Source: Candidatus Baldrarchaeum yapensis
GTDB taxonomy: Archaea > Asgardarchaeota > Baldrarchaeia > Baldrarchaeales > Baldrarchaeaceae
NCBI GenBank assembly: GCA_016840465.1
Contig: JAEOSH010000001.1
Span: 89,263-109,262 of the forward strand
Reading direction: 5' to 3'
DNA length: 20,000 nucleotides
Shown: positions 8,601 through 17,223 of the stretch, piece by piece
Position numbering within the stretch: the first letter of the stretch is position 1
Layout of the letters: the number at the start of each line of letters is the position of its first letter
Position numbers and translations under genes: made by a program
Notes under the pieces: generated by a model
What the model was told of the DNA's origin: nothing
Databases searched by the model: none
What the model saw: only the letters and a program-made list of their open reading frames with translations

Positions 8601-9761
8601 ATGATAATTGTGCAACCACTTGTTCAGGAAGAGAGCACATTTGTACAATGGCTGATATTGTTATTCTTCATGATATCCATATTTATGTCAATGTTTTATG
8701 AGAAGATTAGATTTTCCGCTGGAATCAGACAGATAAAGATGGAGTTAATGAAGTTGGAAAGGCTCGCGAAAAACGGAAAAGAGTTGGTAATAAATGCAGT
8801 AAAGGAAATAGGGAAGCCCGGGTTTGATCCAAGTAATAGAATCTTAGAGTTCTTAGAGTTCTTTATGATAGAGCCAGTAGATAGAGATCCTTTTGGTATC
8901 ATGAAAAAGCTAGAGCATCTGATTAATCTGAGAAGGGACGTTTTCCGCAGGTTTCTATCTGAAGTCGCGCCAAATGCGTCGAGGGATGAACGTGCAAACC
9001 TGGAGGGCGCATTAGAGGCCACAATTGTGATAGATTACTTATTTAGACTTGTGAGGCATTATTTGATACTCAGCGAGAGAACTAAGAGTTACATTCTAGT
9101 TGCACAACTGCAGTTGCAACTACCGCTTGTGATGAGATATGCAAAGGCGTACTTTGAGGCTTTAAAGGCATTTAAAGATGGAAAACCGATAGGAGATGGT
9201 ATAGGTGTACTTGTGGCAACGAAATTCGTGTACGATCTTGCGAAGGACGGAGAAAGTAGGGTGACCTTTAAGGAAATCGTAGAAGATACATTGGTTACCG
9301 AGGTAATGTTTGAGGGACGAAAGATTTTCGTTGTAAGAGCAAAGGGACCTGGAGCGTTCGTTGGAAAGCCAGGCGATGCAATTGTTAAAATCATAGAAGA
9401 CTGTAAAGGAAAAAATGACATATCTAGGATCATTATGATCGATGCTGCATTGAAACTTGAAGGAGAGCGTAGCGGTGAGGTTGCTGAGGGTGTTGGGGCA
9501 GCAATAGGTGGCATAGGTGTTGACAGGTTTAAGATAGAGGAAATAGCTACAAAATATGGGATTCCTCTTGATGCAATAATAATTAAGGAGTCCCTAGAGG
9601 AGGCCATTAGCCCACTCAAAAAGGAGATTTTTGAGAGTGTAAATGAGGTAATAAAAAGAATAAAAAGAATTATTCTCCAGTCGACAAAACCCGGGGATGC
9701 AATCATACTTGCTGGTATTGGTAATGCTGCTGGGATAGGCTTCATGAAGCTTTCTTCCTGA
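8601..9761 (+). CDS. DUF1512-like conserved archaeal membrane-anchored protein
   Basis: 386 aa with one N-terminal transmembrane segment and a long conserved soluble region (VVRAKGPGAFVGKPGDAIVKIIE; GVGAAIGGIGVDRFKIEEIA; GDAIILAGIGNAAGIG). Family assigned from memory. Confidence 0.7.
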   Translation: MIIVQPLVQEESTFVQWLILLFFMISIFMSMFYEKIRFSAGIRQIKMELMKLERLAKNGKELVINAVKEIGKPGFDPSNRILEFLEFFMIEPVDRDPFGIMKKLEHLINLRRDVFRRFLSEVAPNASRDERANLEGALEATIVIDYLFRLVRHYLILSERTKSYILVAQLQLQLPLVMRYAKAYFEALKAFKDGKPIGDGIGVLVATKFVYDLAKDGESRVTFKEIVEDTLVTEVMFEGRKIFVVRAKGPGAFVGKPGDAIVKIIEDCKGKNDISRIIMIDAALKLEGERSGEVAEGVGAAIGGIGVDRFKIEEIATKYGIPLDAIIIKESLEEAISPLKKEIFESVNEVIKRIKRIILQSTKPGDAIILAGIGNAAGIGFMKLSS

Positions 9762-9773
9762 TGGTGATGCCAT

Positions 9774-10163
9774 ATGAAAAGATCTTTAATGTCATTGTCG
9801 ATTATGCTCCTCATGTTAGTGGTCTTCTCTGTTATAATATATTTACTTCTTAACTTTGTGGCCACAATGCAAGAGTCTTCGATTTCTCTGTTTATGATGA
9901 TTTTTACGATCCTTATTATTTACTTGATCCTTTTACCAGTAATATCTCAGTTCGCTAGAATGTATAGAGTGGCAAAAATGAGGCAGATTATGCCTTCTCT
10001 GCTGTCGGTGATAAAATGTCAAGATTGCAATTATGTTCTCGTTAGGGAATTTTTAACGGGAGATTATGTGTTTAAGAACGTCGGAAAATGTTATAAGTGC
10101 GGCGGTAATCTCTACATAGACGCAATATACTTAACATCCGAAAAGAAAGGAAAGGGTGCATAA
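9774..10163 (+). CDS. Small membrane protein with C-terminal zinc ribbon, unknown function
   Basis: Two hydrophobic segments, then CQDCNYVLVREFL...GKCYKCGGNLY (CxxC...CxxC). Confidence 0.65.
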   Translation: MKRSLMSLSIMLLMLVVFSVIIYLLLNFVATMQESSISLFMMIFTILIIYLILLPVISQFARMYRVAKMRQIMPSLLSVIKCQDCNYVLVREFLTGDYVFKNVGKCYKCGGNLYIDAIYLTSEKKGKGA

Positions 10164-10166
10164 AAT

Positions 10167-10844
10167 ATGGCGGTGAAACTTACATTCTTAGGTCATGCAG
10201 CATTCAAGATAGATCATGGCGATAAAACTATTCTTATAGATCCCTTCATAACTGGCAATCCTCTCTGCCCGATCAAAGTCGAGGATATAAGGAAGTGCGA
10301 CATAATTCTCGTAACACACGATCATGGAGACCATTTAGGGGACACCATAAAGATCGCGAAAAATACTGGTGCAAAAGTGGTTGCAATATACGATTTAGGA
10401 GTATTTATAGAGAAAAATGGCGTCACCAATGTTATAGGAATGAATATTGGTGGTTCGACCGATATAGACGGAATTAAAGTGACAATGGTAAAGGCGTTCC
10501 ATAGTGCCGAGAGAGGCGCTCCCGTTGGCTATATCATAAGGTTAGGAAATGTTGCAATTTACCACGCAGGCGATACTGACGTATTCTACGATATGAAGTT
10601 AATAGGAGATCTCTATCGACCGGATGTAGCATTACTTCCAATATCAGGATACTACACGATGGGACCCTTGGAGGCCGCATACGCTACCCAATTAATAAAG
10701 CCGAAGATTGCTATTCCCATGCATTACAATACCTTTCCAGTAATTAAGCAAGATCCAAACGTGTTCGCAGAGAATGTAAAGAAATTATGCCCCGAGGTTG
10801 AGGTTAAAATACTAAATCCCGGAGAGACGATTACCATTGGATGA
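10167..10844 (+). CDS. Metallo-beta-lactamase-fold metal-dependent hydrolase (UPF0173-like)
   Basis: LGHAAFKIDHGDKTILIDPFITGNP, VTHDHGDHLGDT, YHAGDTDVFYDMKLI, PMHYNTFPVI. Confidence 0.93.
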   Translation: MAVKLTFLGHAAFKIDHGDKTILIDPFITGNPLCPIKVEDIRKCDIILVTHDHGDHLGDTIKIAKNTGAKVVAIYDLGVFIEKNGVTNVIGMNIGGSTDIDGIKVTMVKAFHSAERGAPVGYIIRLGNVAIYHAGDTDVFYDMKLIGDLYRPDVALLPISGYYTMGPLEAAYATQLIKPKIAIPMHYNTFPVIKQDPNVFAENVKKLCPEVEVKILNPGETITIG

Positions 10845-11343
10845 GTTCAAACTCAAAAAAGTCGGAGTTGCGGGCACGTTTGATAAACTGCATAAGGGTC
10901 ACAAACTTTTACTTTTAACGGCATTTTCTGCAGGAGAAAGAGTAATAATAGGTATTACTTCCGAGAAGTTGATAAAGGGCAAGAAAATGTGCCAAAAGAT
11001 AGCCCCATTTGACGAGAGAGTTAAAAAGGTAAAGGAATTTCTCTCAAGCCGAGGCTTTAAGGATTATAATATAATTAAATTAGACGATCCTTATGGTCCC
11101 GCAATTAATGATCCCTCGATGGACGGATTAGTTGTAACTAGGGAAACCTTAAACAACGCACTCGCTATTAACAAGATTAGAATAAAACAGGGAATGAAAC
11201 CACTTACCTTAATAGTGGTTCCATTGGTACTTGCCGAGGATGGACTTCCAATATCCTCTACTCGTATAAGACTAGGAGAAATAGATGAGAACGGAAAATT
11301 GAAGACGTATTCAGGAGGTTTATGTCGCAATCGAAAGGTGTGA
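10837..11343 (+). CDS. coaD: Phosphopantetheine adenylyltransferase, archaeal type
   Basis: GVAGTFDKLHKGHKLLLLTAF (HxGH-type nucleotidyltransferase), GLVVTRETLNNALAINKIR, ISSTRIRLGEI. Confidence 0.9.
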   Translation: MDEFKLKKVGVAGTFDKLHKGHKLLLLTAFSAGERVIIGITSEKLIKGKKMCQKIAPFDERVKKVKEFLSSRGFKDYNIIKLDDPYGPAINDPSMDGLVVTRETLNNALAINKIRIKQGMKPLTLIVVPLVLAEDGLPISSTRIRLGEIDENGKLKTYSGGLCRNRKV

Positions 11344-11353
11344 GAAGGACTAC

Positions 11354-11360
11354 CTTTTTA
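11354..11360 (+). promoter_or_regulatory. Candidate TATA box for the H/ACA locus
   Basis: T-rich CTTTTTAT-like element about 26-30 nt before 11386, where the GC-rich structured RNA begins. Confidence 0.35.
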
Positions 11361-11385
11361 TTCCGTGTGGAATAATAAGTAATAA

Positions 11386-11496
11386 GCACCCCGCCGCGAA
11401 ATCCGTGCTTGATGGGCTCCCGCACTTTTGAGGCGCGGTGCGTCACCGCATACCGATGAGTGCGGAGTCAACCCAGGCACGGGACAGGCGGGGTGC
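11386..11496 (+). ncRNA. H/ACA-type guide RNA module 1
   Basis: Outer helix GCACCCCGCC (11386-11395)/GGCGGGGTGC (11487-11496). Lower stem TCCGTGC (11402-11408)/GCACGGG (11477-11483) is followed directly by ACA (11484-11486). Pocket TTGATGGG/TCAACCCAG; upper stem CTCC(C)GCAC/GTGCGGAG; GCGGTG CGT CACCGC apical hairpin. Exactly 16 nt lie between the upper stem and ACA. Confidence 0.65.
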
Positions 11497-11497
11497 A

Positions 11498-11602
11498 GGG
11501 GTGGGTGCAGTAAGGGCCCACTACAAGAGAGCCCAGTGGAGAGCGGCGTATGCCGCCCAGTGACACTGGGTGTTAGTCATGTGGGCCACATGCACCCACC
11601 CC
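11498..11602 (+). ncRNA. H/ACA-type guide RNA module 2 with kink-turn
   Basis: Outer helix GGGGTGGGTGCA (11498-11509)/TGCACCCACCCC (11591-11602). Lower stem GGCCCAC (11515-11521)/GTGGGCC (11581-11587) is followed directly by ACA (11588-11590). Pocket TACAAGAGA/GTTAGTCAT; upper stem GCCCAGTG (11531-11538)/CACTGGGT (11564-11571). K-turn with tandem GA (11539-11540)/GA (11562-11563) and AGT 3-nt loop; apical stem GCGGC GTAT GCCGC. Pocket-to-ACA spacing is 16 nt. Confidence 0.75.
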
Positions 11603-11621
11603 AACTTCGTGGTGGTAGCGG

Positions 11622-12470
11622 TTGCGTGTAAAGGTAAAATCATTGAGGGAAATGCTTAAGGAAATTTTTGGTGAAGACATCCCCGCAGACATTCCGAGAA
11701 AATATAAAATTTATGGAGATATTGCTGTAGTTAAGATACCAAGCAAATACCGCCACTTGAAGAAAGAGATTGGAGATCTTATTCTAAAGAACGACCCACG
11801 GATTAGATCGGTCGTAAATATTGAGAAAATTCATGGAACTTTCCGAGAGCCAATAGCTGAGGTCATCGCAGGGGACCCGAATACCGTTACGACTATCATT
11901 GAAAATTCATGTAGGTTCAAGCTTGATGTCGCCAAGCTTATGTTTTGCTTAGGGAACCAGCATGAGCGCGTGCGATTGGCGAATATAGTTTTTTCCGATG
12001 AGGTAGTTGTCGATATGTTCGCGGGGGTCGGACAATTTTCAATACCGATAGCGGTACATTGCAAACCGGAGAGAATATTTGCAATAGAAATTAATCCCAC
12101 AGCGTTTCGCTTCTTAGTAGAAAATATATTTATCAATCACGTCGAGGAAGTAATTTTCCCGATATTGGGCAATTGTAGAGAGGTAATTCCTGCATTCCTG
12201 AAAGGACGTGCCGATAGGATAATAATGGGGTTCATTGAGTACACAAACAGATACTTGGATGCCGCGCTTGTGGCTTTGAGGGATAAAGGAGGAATCATAC
12301 ACTTTCATAACGTTTATAATTCGGAGGACGCTATTGAGATGGCGATTTCCGATATAAAGGATGCCGCAGAAAGATCTAGAAGGAGACTCGTAAAAGTAAT
12401 ACACAAGCGTATAGTGAAGGAGTATGGGCCCAAGCTTGTACATGTTGTGATAGATGCAAAAATAAAATGA
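11622..12470 (+). CDS. Class I SAM-dependent methyltransferase, Trm5/TYW2-like tRNA methyltransferase
   Basis: VVDMFAGVGQFSIPIAVHCKPERIFAIEINPTAFRFLVENIFINHV and HFHNVY are Trm5-family motifs. Start is TTG 11622 or ATG 11652. Confidence 0.87.
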   Translation: MRVKVKSLREMLKEIFGEDIPADIPRKYKIYGDIAVVKIPSKYRHLKKEIGDLILKNDPRIRSVVNIEKIHGTFREPIAEVIAGDPNTVTTIIENSCRFKLDVAKLMFCLGNQHERVRLANIVFSDEVVVDMFAGVGQFSIPIAVHCKPERIFAIEINPTAFRFLVENIFINHVEEVIFPILGNCREVIPAFLKGRADRIIMGFIEYTNRYLDAALVALRDKGGIIHFHNVYNSEDAIEMAISDIKDAAERSRRRLVKVIHKRIVKEYGPKLVHVVIDAKIK

Positions 12471-12542
12471 TAGAAAGTAGTTACGAGATATGTGTCATAA
12501 AACAATTGTTTCAACAAAAATGTACAAATAGAGGTAAGCAGG

Positions 12543-12962
12543 ATGGCAAAGATAATAGATGACGAAAAATTGCTGAAGTTGTTTGATGCCCTTAGAGAGT
12601 CCTCTGAAAAGGGAATACCAATAATCGTGGAAGGAAAACGCGATGAGGATGCTCTGCGAAGTATTGGTATTTGTGGCCAGATAATTAAAGTCGCTGGTCA
12701 AGGTCCATTGAAAGTGGTGGATTCGATGATATCCTCAGGACGAATACCTTCTTCCGTCATAATACTAACTGATCTGGATAGGAAGGGTGACCTGCTTGCA
12801 AGTATGCTTGATGACCTCCTCAGATCGTATGGTATTGTTCCAATTAATGAGTTCAGGTATGAACTCAGAAAAATCGTCGGAGGGCGCATAAAGGGAATTG
12901 AGGAGTTGACTTATCTCCTCGAATTTATCGAGAGAAATTCCCGGAGGCGATACGATGAATAA
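12543..12962 (+). CDS. Small Toprim-domain protein
   Basis: PIIVEGKRDEDALRSIG...VIILTDLDRKGDLLASMLDDLL (Toprim E and DxD motifs). Confidence 0.83.
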   Translation: MAKIIDDEKLLKLFDALRESSEKGIPIIVEGKRDEDALRSIGICGQIIKVAGQGPLKVVDSMISSGRIPSSVIILTDLDRKGDLLASMLDDLLRSYGIVPINEFRYELRKIVGGRIKGIEELTYLLEFIERNSRRRYDE

Positions 12963-14121
12963 AGAAAATTTTGAAACAACAAAATACGTTATAAGGGCAA
13001 GGTTTGAAGTAGATGGGGTTGTTGAGAAGTCTGATGTTATAGGTGCAATTTTCGGCCAGACCGAAGGATTACTTGGTGAGGACCTCGACCTTAGGGAACT
13101 TCAGAGAACGGGGAGAATTGGAAGAATAAAAGTAGAGTTAGAAACTAAGGGCGGTAAAACATCTGGTGTGATAATAATGCCTTCATGCCTTGATAGAGTT
13201 GAGACCGCAATTCTTGCAGCAGCTCTCGAAACAATAGACAGAGTAGGGCCATGTACAGCAAGAGTCTCCCTGGAAAAAATAGAGGACGTCCGCGAAGAGA
13301 AGAGAAAGAAGATTGTACAAAGGGCTGTTGAGATATTAAAAAATTGGGAGTCAAGCTTGCCTGAAACAAAGGAAATTATAGAGCAGGTACTGGATGCTAT
13401 CAGAAGTGCTGAGTTGATAAAGTACGGTCCCGACGAGTTGCCAGCGGGACCGGGCATCGAGGAATCCGATACGATAATAATTGTTGAAGGAAGAGCTGAT
13501 GTTATAAATCTTTTAAAACACGGATTTAAGAACGTGATCGCTGTTGAGGGAACAAATATTCCTAAAACAATCATAGATTTATGTAAAAGAAAGACGGCTA
13601 TCGTTTTTGTAGACGGTGACAGAGGTGGAGAACTTATCCTCAAAGAATTGCTTCAGGTTGCAGATATTGACTATGTTGCAAGGGCACCTCCAGGCAGAGA
13701 GGTTGAGGAATTGACACGTAAAGAGATAATAAAGGCTCTGAGAAATAAGATCCCAGTCGAACAGTATATGCCGGAAAAACAAAGAATCAAGAAGATGCAA
13801 AAGGTTATAAGGGAGAGTATAACGAGGCCGCAAGTGCCGGGACAGATTCTAGAGTTAATCGATAAAGTTAAGGATCTCGGAAAAGCGTTAATTCTGGACG
13901 AAAATTTTAACATTCTCGCGGAAGTTGCTGTTGGGCAGTTATTAGAAGAACTTGGGAGGGTCGAACGCGCAAAGGCTATAGTTTTTGACGGAATAATTAC
14001 ACAGCGCTTAGTGGATTTAGCGTATGAGAAGGGTGTAGAATACATAATTGGTGCAGTCAAAAGGGATTTGACAAAACAACCCGCTGAAATGTCGATTTTA
14101 ACATTTGATACTCTCGAATAA
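12955..14121 (+). CDS. dnaG: Archaeal DnaG-like primase
   Basis: Toprim core IIVEGRADVINLLKHGFKNVIAVEG, TAIVFVDGDRGGELILKELLQ, DYVARAPPGREVEELT. N-terminus TTKYVIRARFEVDGVVEKSDVIGAIFGQTEGLLGEDLDLRELQ. Confidence 0.95.
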   Translation: MNKENFETTKYVIRARFEVDGVVEKSDVIGAIFGQTEGLLGEDLDLRELQRTGRIGRIKVELETKGGKTSGVIIMPSCLDRVETAILAAALETIDRVGPCTARVSLEKIEDVREEKRKKIVQRAVEILKNWESSLPETKEIIEQVLDAIRSAELIKYGPDELPAGPGIEESDTIIIVEGRADVINLLKHGFKNVIAVEGTNIPKTIIDLCKRKTAIVFVDGDRGGELILKELLQVADIDYVARAPPGREVEELTRKEIIKALRNKIPVEQYMPEKQRIKKMQKVIRESITRPQVPGQILELIDKVKDLGKALILDENFNILAEVAVGQLLEELGRVERAKAIVFDGIITQRLVDLAYEKGVEYIIGAVKRDLTKQPAEMSILTFDTLE

Positions 14122-14138
14122 GACAATTAGGTGGAAGA

Positions 14139-14816
14139 ATGAAGGTTGCATGCGTAATCCCTGCATATAATGAGGAGCCAAATATAGGTCATGTTGTTAA
14201 GGGAGCCAAAAAGTACTGCGACCTTGTAATTGTCGTTGATGATGGAAGTACAGATAGGACGTCCCTTGAGGCGAAAAGAGAGGGCGCTATCGTCATCAGG
14301 CATCAGAGAAATCTGGGTAAAGGGGCAGCACTAAGAACAGGGTTTAAAAGTGCAATCGAGCATGGAGCCGACGTTATCGTGGTTATAGATGGCGATGGTC
14401 AACATGACCCGAATGAAATTCCCAAGCTTGTACAAGCATTACTTAACCGCGACGCAGATATCGTCATAGGTTCCCGATTCCTTAAGAGACAGCTGAGCGG
14501 AATGCCTCCTCAAAGGATACTTAGTAACTTCCTGACAACAACGATATTGAAACTCTTATTTGGCATTAAAATAACAGATTCGCAGTGCGGATTTCGTGCC
14601 TTCAAACGTACTGCACTAGAAAAGCTTATTGATTTTGAGGATAATAAGTATGCGGCCGAGACCGAGATATTAATAAACGCAAAAAGATACGGCTTCAAAA
14701 TAATCGAAGTTGGTATTAGTGTCAAGTATGGGGAGGAAGAGTCAAAAATACGACCTATCAGAGATACCGTTAGATGGATACGTTTAGTATTCAAAAAATT
14801 TTTTGAAAAACAGTAG
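14139..14816 (+). CDS. Family 2 glycosyltransferase (dolichyl-phosphate mannose synthase-like)
   Basis: VIPAYNEEPNIGHVV, VVDDGSTDRTS, DGDGQHDPNEIPKL, SRFLKRQLSGMP. Confidence 0.93.
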   Translation: MKVACVIPAYNEEPNIGHVVKGAKKYCDLVIVVDDGSTDRTSLEAKREGAIVIRHQRNLGKGAALRTGFKSAIEHGADVIVVIDGDGQHDPNEIPKLVQALLNRDADIVIGSRFLKRQLSGMPPQRILSNFLTTTILKLLFGIKITDSQCGFRAFKRTALEKLIDFEDNKYAAETEILINAKRYGFKIIEVGISVKYGEEESKIRPIRDTVRWIRLVFKKFFEKQ

Positions 14817-14828
14817 AGTTCAGCGGCT

Positions 14829-15725
14829 TTACTCCTTACTTACCATTTTTGATATCAGTTCCCACTGCCTATCGACCCATCTCTGTATTTCCTCTATATC
14901 CTCTCTCGTTAAGTGAGAAAATCTTCCCTGCAGCTTTAGGTACTCCTCGACAGGTAGCCTTTTTTCTGGATCCAGCAACGCCTTGCTGGGACCTGTTAAA
15001 CGGAATTTTCCGTCCTCAACTTCATATAGTACCCACATTCCAGTTCTCACCGCCAATCGTGATATTTTCACTGTTAATTTGGAATCAAATCTCCAACCTG
15101 GGGGGCATGGGGCAAGTATATGTATGTATCTGGTCGCGCCACGTTTTTCTTTCGCTTTTTTCACTTTTCTGAAAAGGTCATGCGGGTATCCACTTGTCGC
15201 CGTGGCGACATACGGTATATCATGAGCGATCATTATTCTTGGCATGTTCTTTTTGTGTTCACGCTTGCCGAGAATAGGAGTTGTTGTTGTTATAGCTCCG
15301 TACGGGGTTGCTCCACTTCGCTGGATGCCAGTGTTCATATATGCTTCATTGTCATAACATATGTAAATGAAATCTGTTTGCCTTTCGGCGGCTCCGGATA
15401 GAGCCTGAATGCCTATATCAACAGTACCCCCGTCACCCGCCCATACAAGAACCGTTGCGTCCTTACCTCTCGCCTTCAAGGCAGCAACTATACCTGATGC
15501 TGCCGCTGCTGCAGCAGCAAACGCTATATTTAGAACGGGGATTCCTATTGCGCTCTTAGGATAGAGTCCCATGAAAACGGACGTGCAACACGCTGGAACC
15601 ACCATTATGCTCTTCTTTCCTAGGGCTTTTAACACCCACCTAAGCGCCATTGTCGCACCACAACCGGGACAACTCGCATTACCTGGGTAAAAGTATTCTT
15701 CCAGAGGATACCTTTGTGCCGACAT
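14829..15725 (-). CDS. porB: Pyruvate/2-oxoacid:ferredoxin oxidoreductase beta subunit
   Basis: GNASCPGCGATMALRWVLKALG, WAGDGGTVDIGIQALSGAAER, CYDNEAYMNTGIQRSGATP. Confidence 0.95.
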   Translation of the reverse strand: MSAQRYPLEEYFYPGNASCPGCGATMALRWVLKALGKKSIMVVPACCTSVFMGLYPKSAIGIPVLNIAFAAAAAAASGIVAALKARGKDATVLVWAGDGGTVDIGIQALSGAAERQTDFIYICYDNEAYMNTGIQRSGATPYGAITTTTPILGKREHKKNMPRIMIAHDIPYVATATSGYPHDLFRKVKKAKEKRGATRYIHILAPCPPGWRFDSKLTVKISRLAVRTGMWVLYEVEDGKFRLTGPSKALLDPEKRLPVEEYLKLQGRFSHLTREDIEEIQRWVDRQWELISKMVSKE

Positions 15726-15727
15726 TT

Positions 15728-16930
15728 TTAATCACCCTTAAGTCCGACCCATTCACAGATGAAACCTTCTTTTTCCTCCTCAAGTGCTTTAAATGCCCTC
15801 ATAAATAATTCAGCCTGCATATCTGGAGTAACGTCTCTTCCTCCGATTCCAACTATGAAATTCATTATTAATGGAGGATTCTTTTCACCGTAGAGCGCTG
15901 CGGCAATATCTGCAGCACTTATCCCGCAGTATCCATAACTCGCATTTCTATCGACTACTACCAGCACTTTTACTCTCCTTCCGATTCTTATGAAGTCCTC
16001 ATATGGAAAGGGCCTGTAAACTCTGAGTTTTACCGACCCGACTTGGTAACCTTGTTCTCTTAACATATCAACGACGTACTTTGCTTGAGCCGCGAGCGTT
16101 CCCATGGATACCATTACGACTTCAGCATCGTTTGTTCTATATTCCTCTACTAATGCTCCATGATATCTTCCGAACATTCTCTTGAAATCATCAGCAGCCT
16201 TTTTTATTTTATCTTTAGCTTTTAGCATTCCTACCTGCATGAGATATCTATATTCCATGTATCCGACTTGTGTGCCTACGGCTTCTGCTAGAACGATGTT
16301 CCCATGAGTGACGGGATTGTCCACGTCACTGATGTCAAACGGAGGCTCATACGGAGGTAAGTACTCTTCAACTTCCTTTTCGCTTAGTACGTGAACCGGT
16401 TGGTACGTATGACTTAGAAGGAATCCATCGCCACATACCATTGCTGGCATTCTCACCTCCGGATCCTCAGCAACCCGGTACGCCTGTATTATTGTGTCAA
16501 AGAACTCTTGGTTACTTTCAACGTAGAATTGAATCCAGCCAGTGTCCCGTTGTGATAGACTATCTATATGATCCGGCCATATATTCCATGGAGGCCCCAT
16601 TGCTCTATTTATAACCGCCATAACAATAGGGAGCCTCGCCCCCGCTGCCCAGTGAAGCATCTCATGCATATAGGCAAGTCCATGCGCGGAAGTTGCTGTA
16701 AACGCACGTGCTCCTGCTGCAGACGCGCCGATACATGCTGCCATTGCGCTGTGTTCGGACTCTACTCTCACGTACTCGCACTTCATTTCTCCCCTCTCTA
16801 TAAGTTCCGCTATTTTCTCGACAATCGATGTTTGAGGTGTTATAGGGTATGCCGCAACCACCTGTACCCTTGCCGCTTTAGCAGCATAAGCTGCGCTATA
16901 ATTCCCGGTGAGTATCATCACTTCTCCCAT
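15728..16930 (-). CDS. porA: Pyruvate/2-oxoacid:ferredoxin oxidoreductase alpha subunit
   Basis: GNYSAAYAAKAARVQVVAAYPITPQTSIVEKIAELI, ESEHSAMAACIGASAAGARAFTATSAHGLAYMHEM. Confidence 0.95.
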   Translation of the reverse strand: MGEVMILTGNYSAAYAAKAARVQVVAAYPITPQTSIVEKIAELIERGEMKCEYVRVESEHSAMAACIGASAAGARAFTATSAHGLAYMHEMLHWAAGARLPIVMAVINRAMGPPWNIWPDHIDSLSQRDTGWIQFYVESNQEFFDTIIQAYRVAEDPEVRMPAMVCGDGFLLSHTYQPVHVLSEKEVEEYLPPYEPPFDISDVDNPVTHGNIVLAEAVGTQVGYMEYRYLMQVGMLKAKDKIKKAADDFKRMFGRYHGALVEEYRTNDAEVVMVSMGTLAAQAKYVVDMLREQGYQVGSVKLRVYRPFPYEDFIRIGRRVKVLVVVDRNASYGYCGISAADIAAALYGEKNPPLIMNFIVGIGGRDVTPDMQAELFMRAFKALEEEKEGFICEWVGLKGD

Positions 16931-17223
16931 TCTACTACCTCCCTCTCAACTTTTATTGCGTCATATGGGCACTCCTCAACACACACAAGACAGCCCTTGC
17001 AATAATTGTAGTTTATCCTTGGTCCTTCATCCTTCGAAAAAACTATAGCGTTCTCCGGACAATAAGTCCAACACATGCCACACTTTTTGCACTTCTCATA
17101 ATTAATGACAGGGCGTTCAGCCCTCCACCGACCCGTCATTCCCATAGATCCAGGGCCTGGCCTCGAGAGTGGTGTTGGCGGAATTTCCTTCATCCACTCA
17201 TAGTTCTTCACAACAATTTTCAA
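16918..17223 (-). CDS. porD: Pyruvate/2-oxoacid:ferredoxin oxidoreductase delta (2x[4Fe-4S] ferredoxin) subunit
   Basis: CKKCGMCWTYCPENAIVF and CKGCLVCVEECPYDAI. Confidence 0.93.
   Translation of the reverse strand: MKIVVKNYEWMKEIPPTPLSRPGPGSMGMTGRWRAERPVINYEKCKKCGMCWTYCPENAIVFSKDEGPRINYNYCKGCLVCVEECPYDAIKVEREVVEWEK

Noticed and set aside
9089-9865. 258-aa minus-strand ORF
   Set aside because: Antisense to the DUF1512-like gene, no recognisable motifs, low-complexity composition typical of mirror ORFs.
11386-11602. RNase P RNA, SRP RNA or a tRNA at the GC-rich locus
   Set aside because: I found no GAAAGUCC/ACAGA-type RNase P conserved blocks, no SRP helix-8 GGAAGG/AGCAG core and no tRNA T-arm or cloverleaf. 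H/ACA geometry fits both halves.
11386-11602. Permuted RNA with BHB ends, by analogy with the 5S locus
   Set aside because: I tested the outer stems for a contiguous 4-bp helix plus opposed 3-nt bulges and found none; the interior loops are asymmetric (GCGAAA/ACA and GTAAG/ACA).
11428-11631. 67-aa ORF MRRGASPHTDECGVNPG...
   Set aside because: It overlaps both H/ACA modules, has TTG as start codon and low-complexity composition; RNA structure explains the sequence better.
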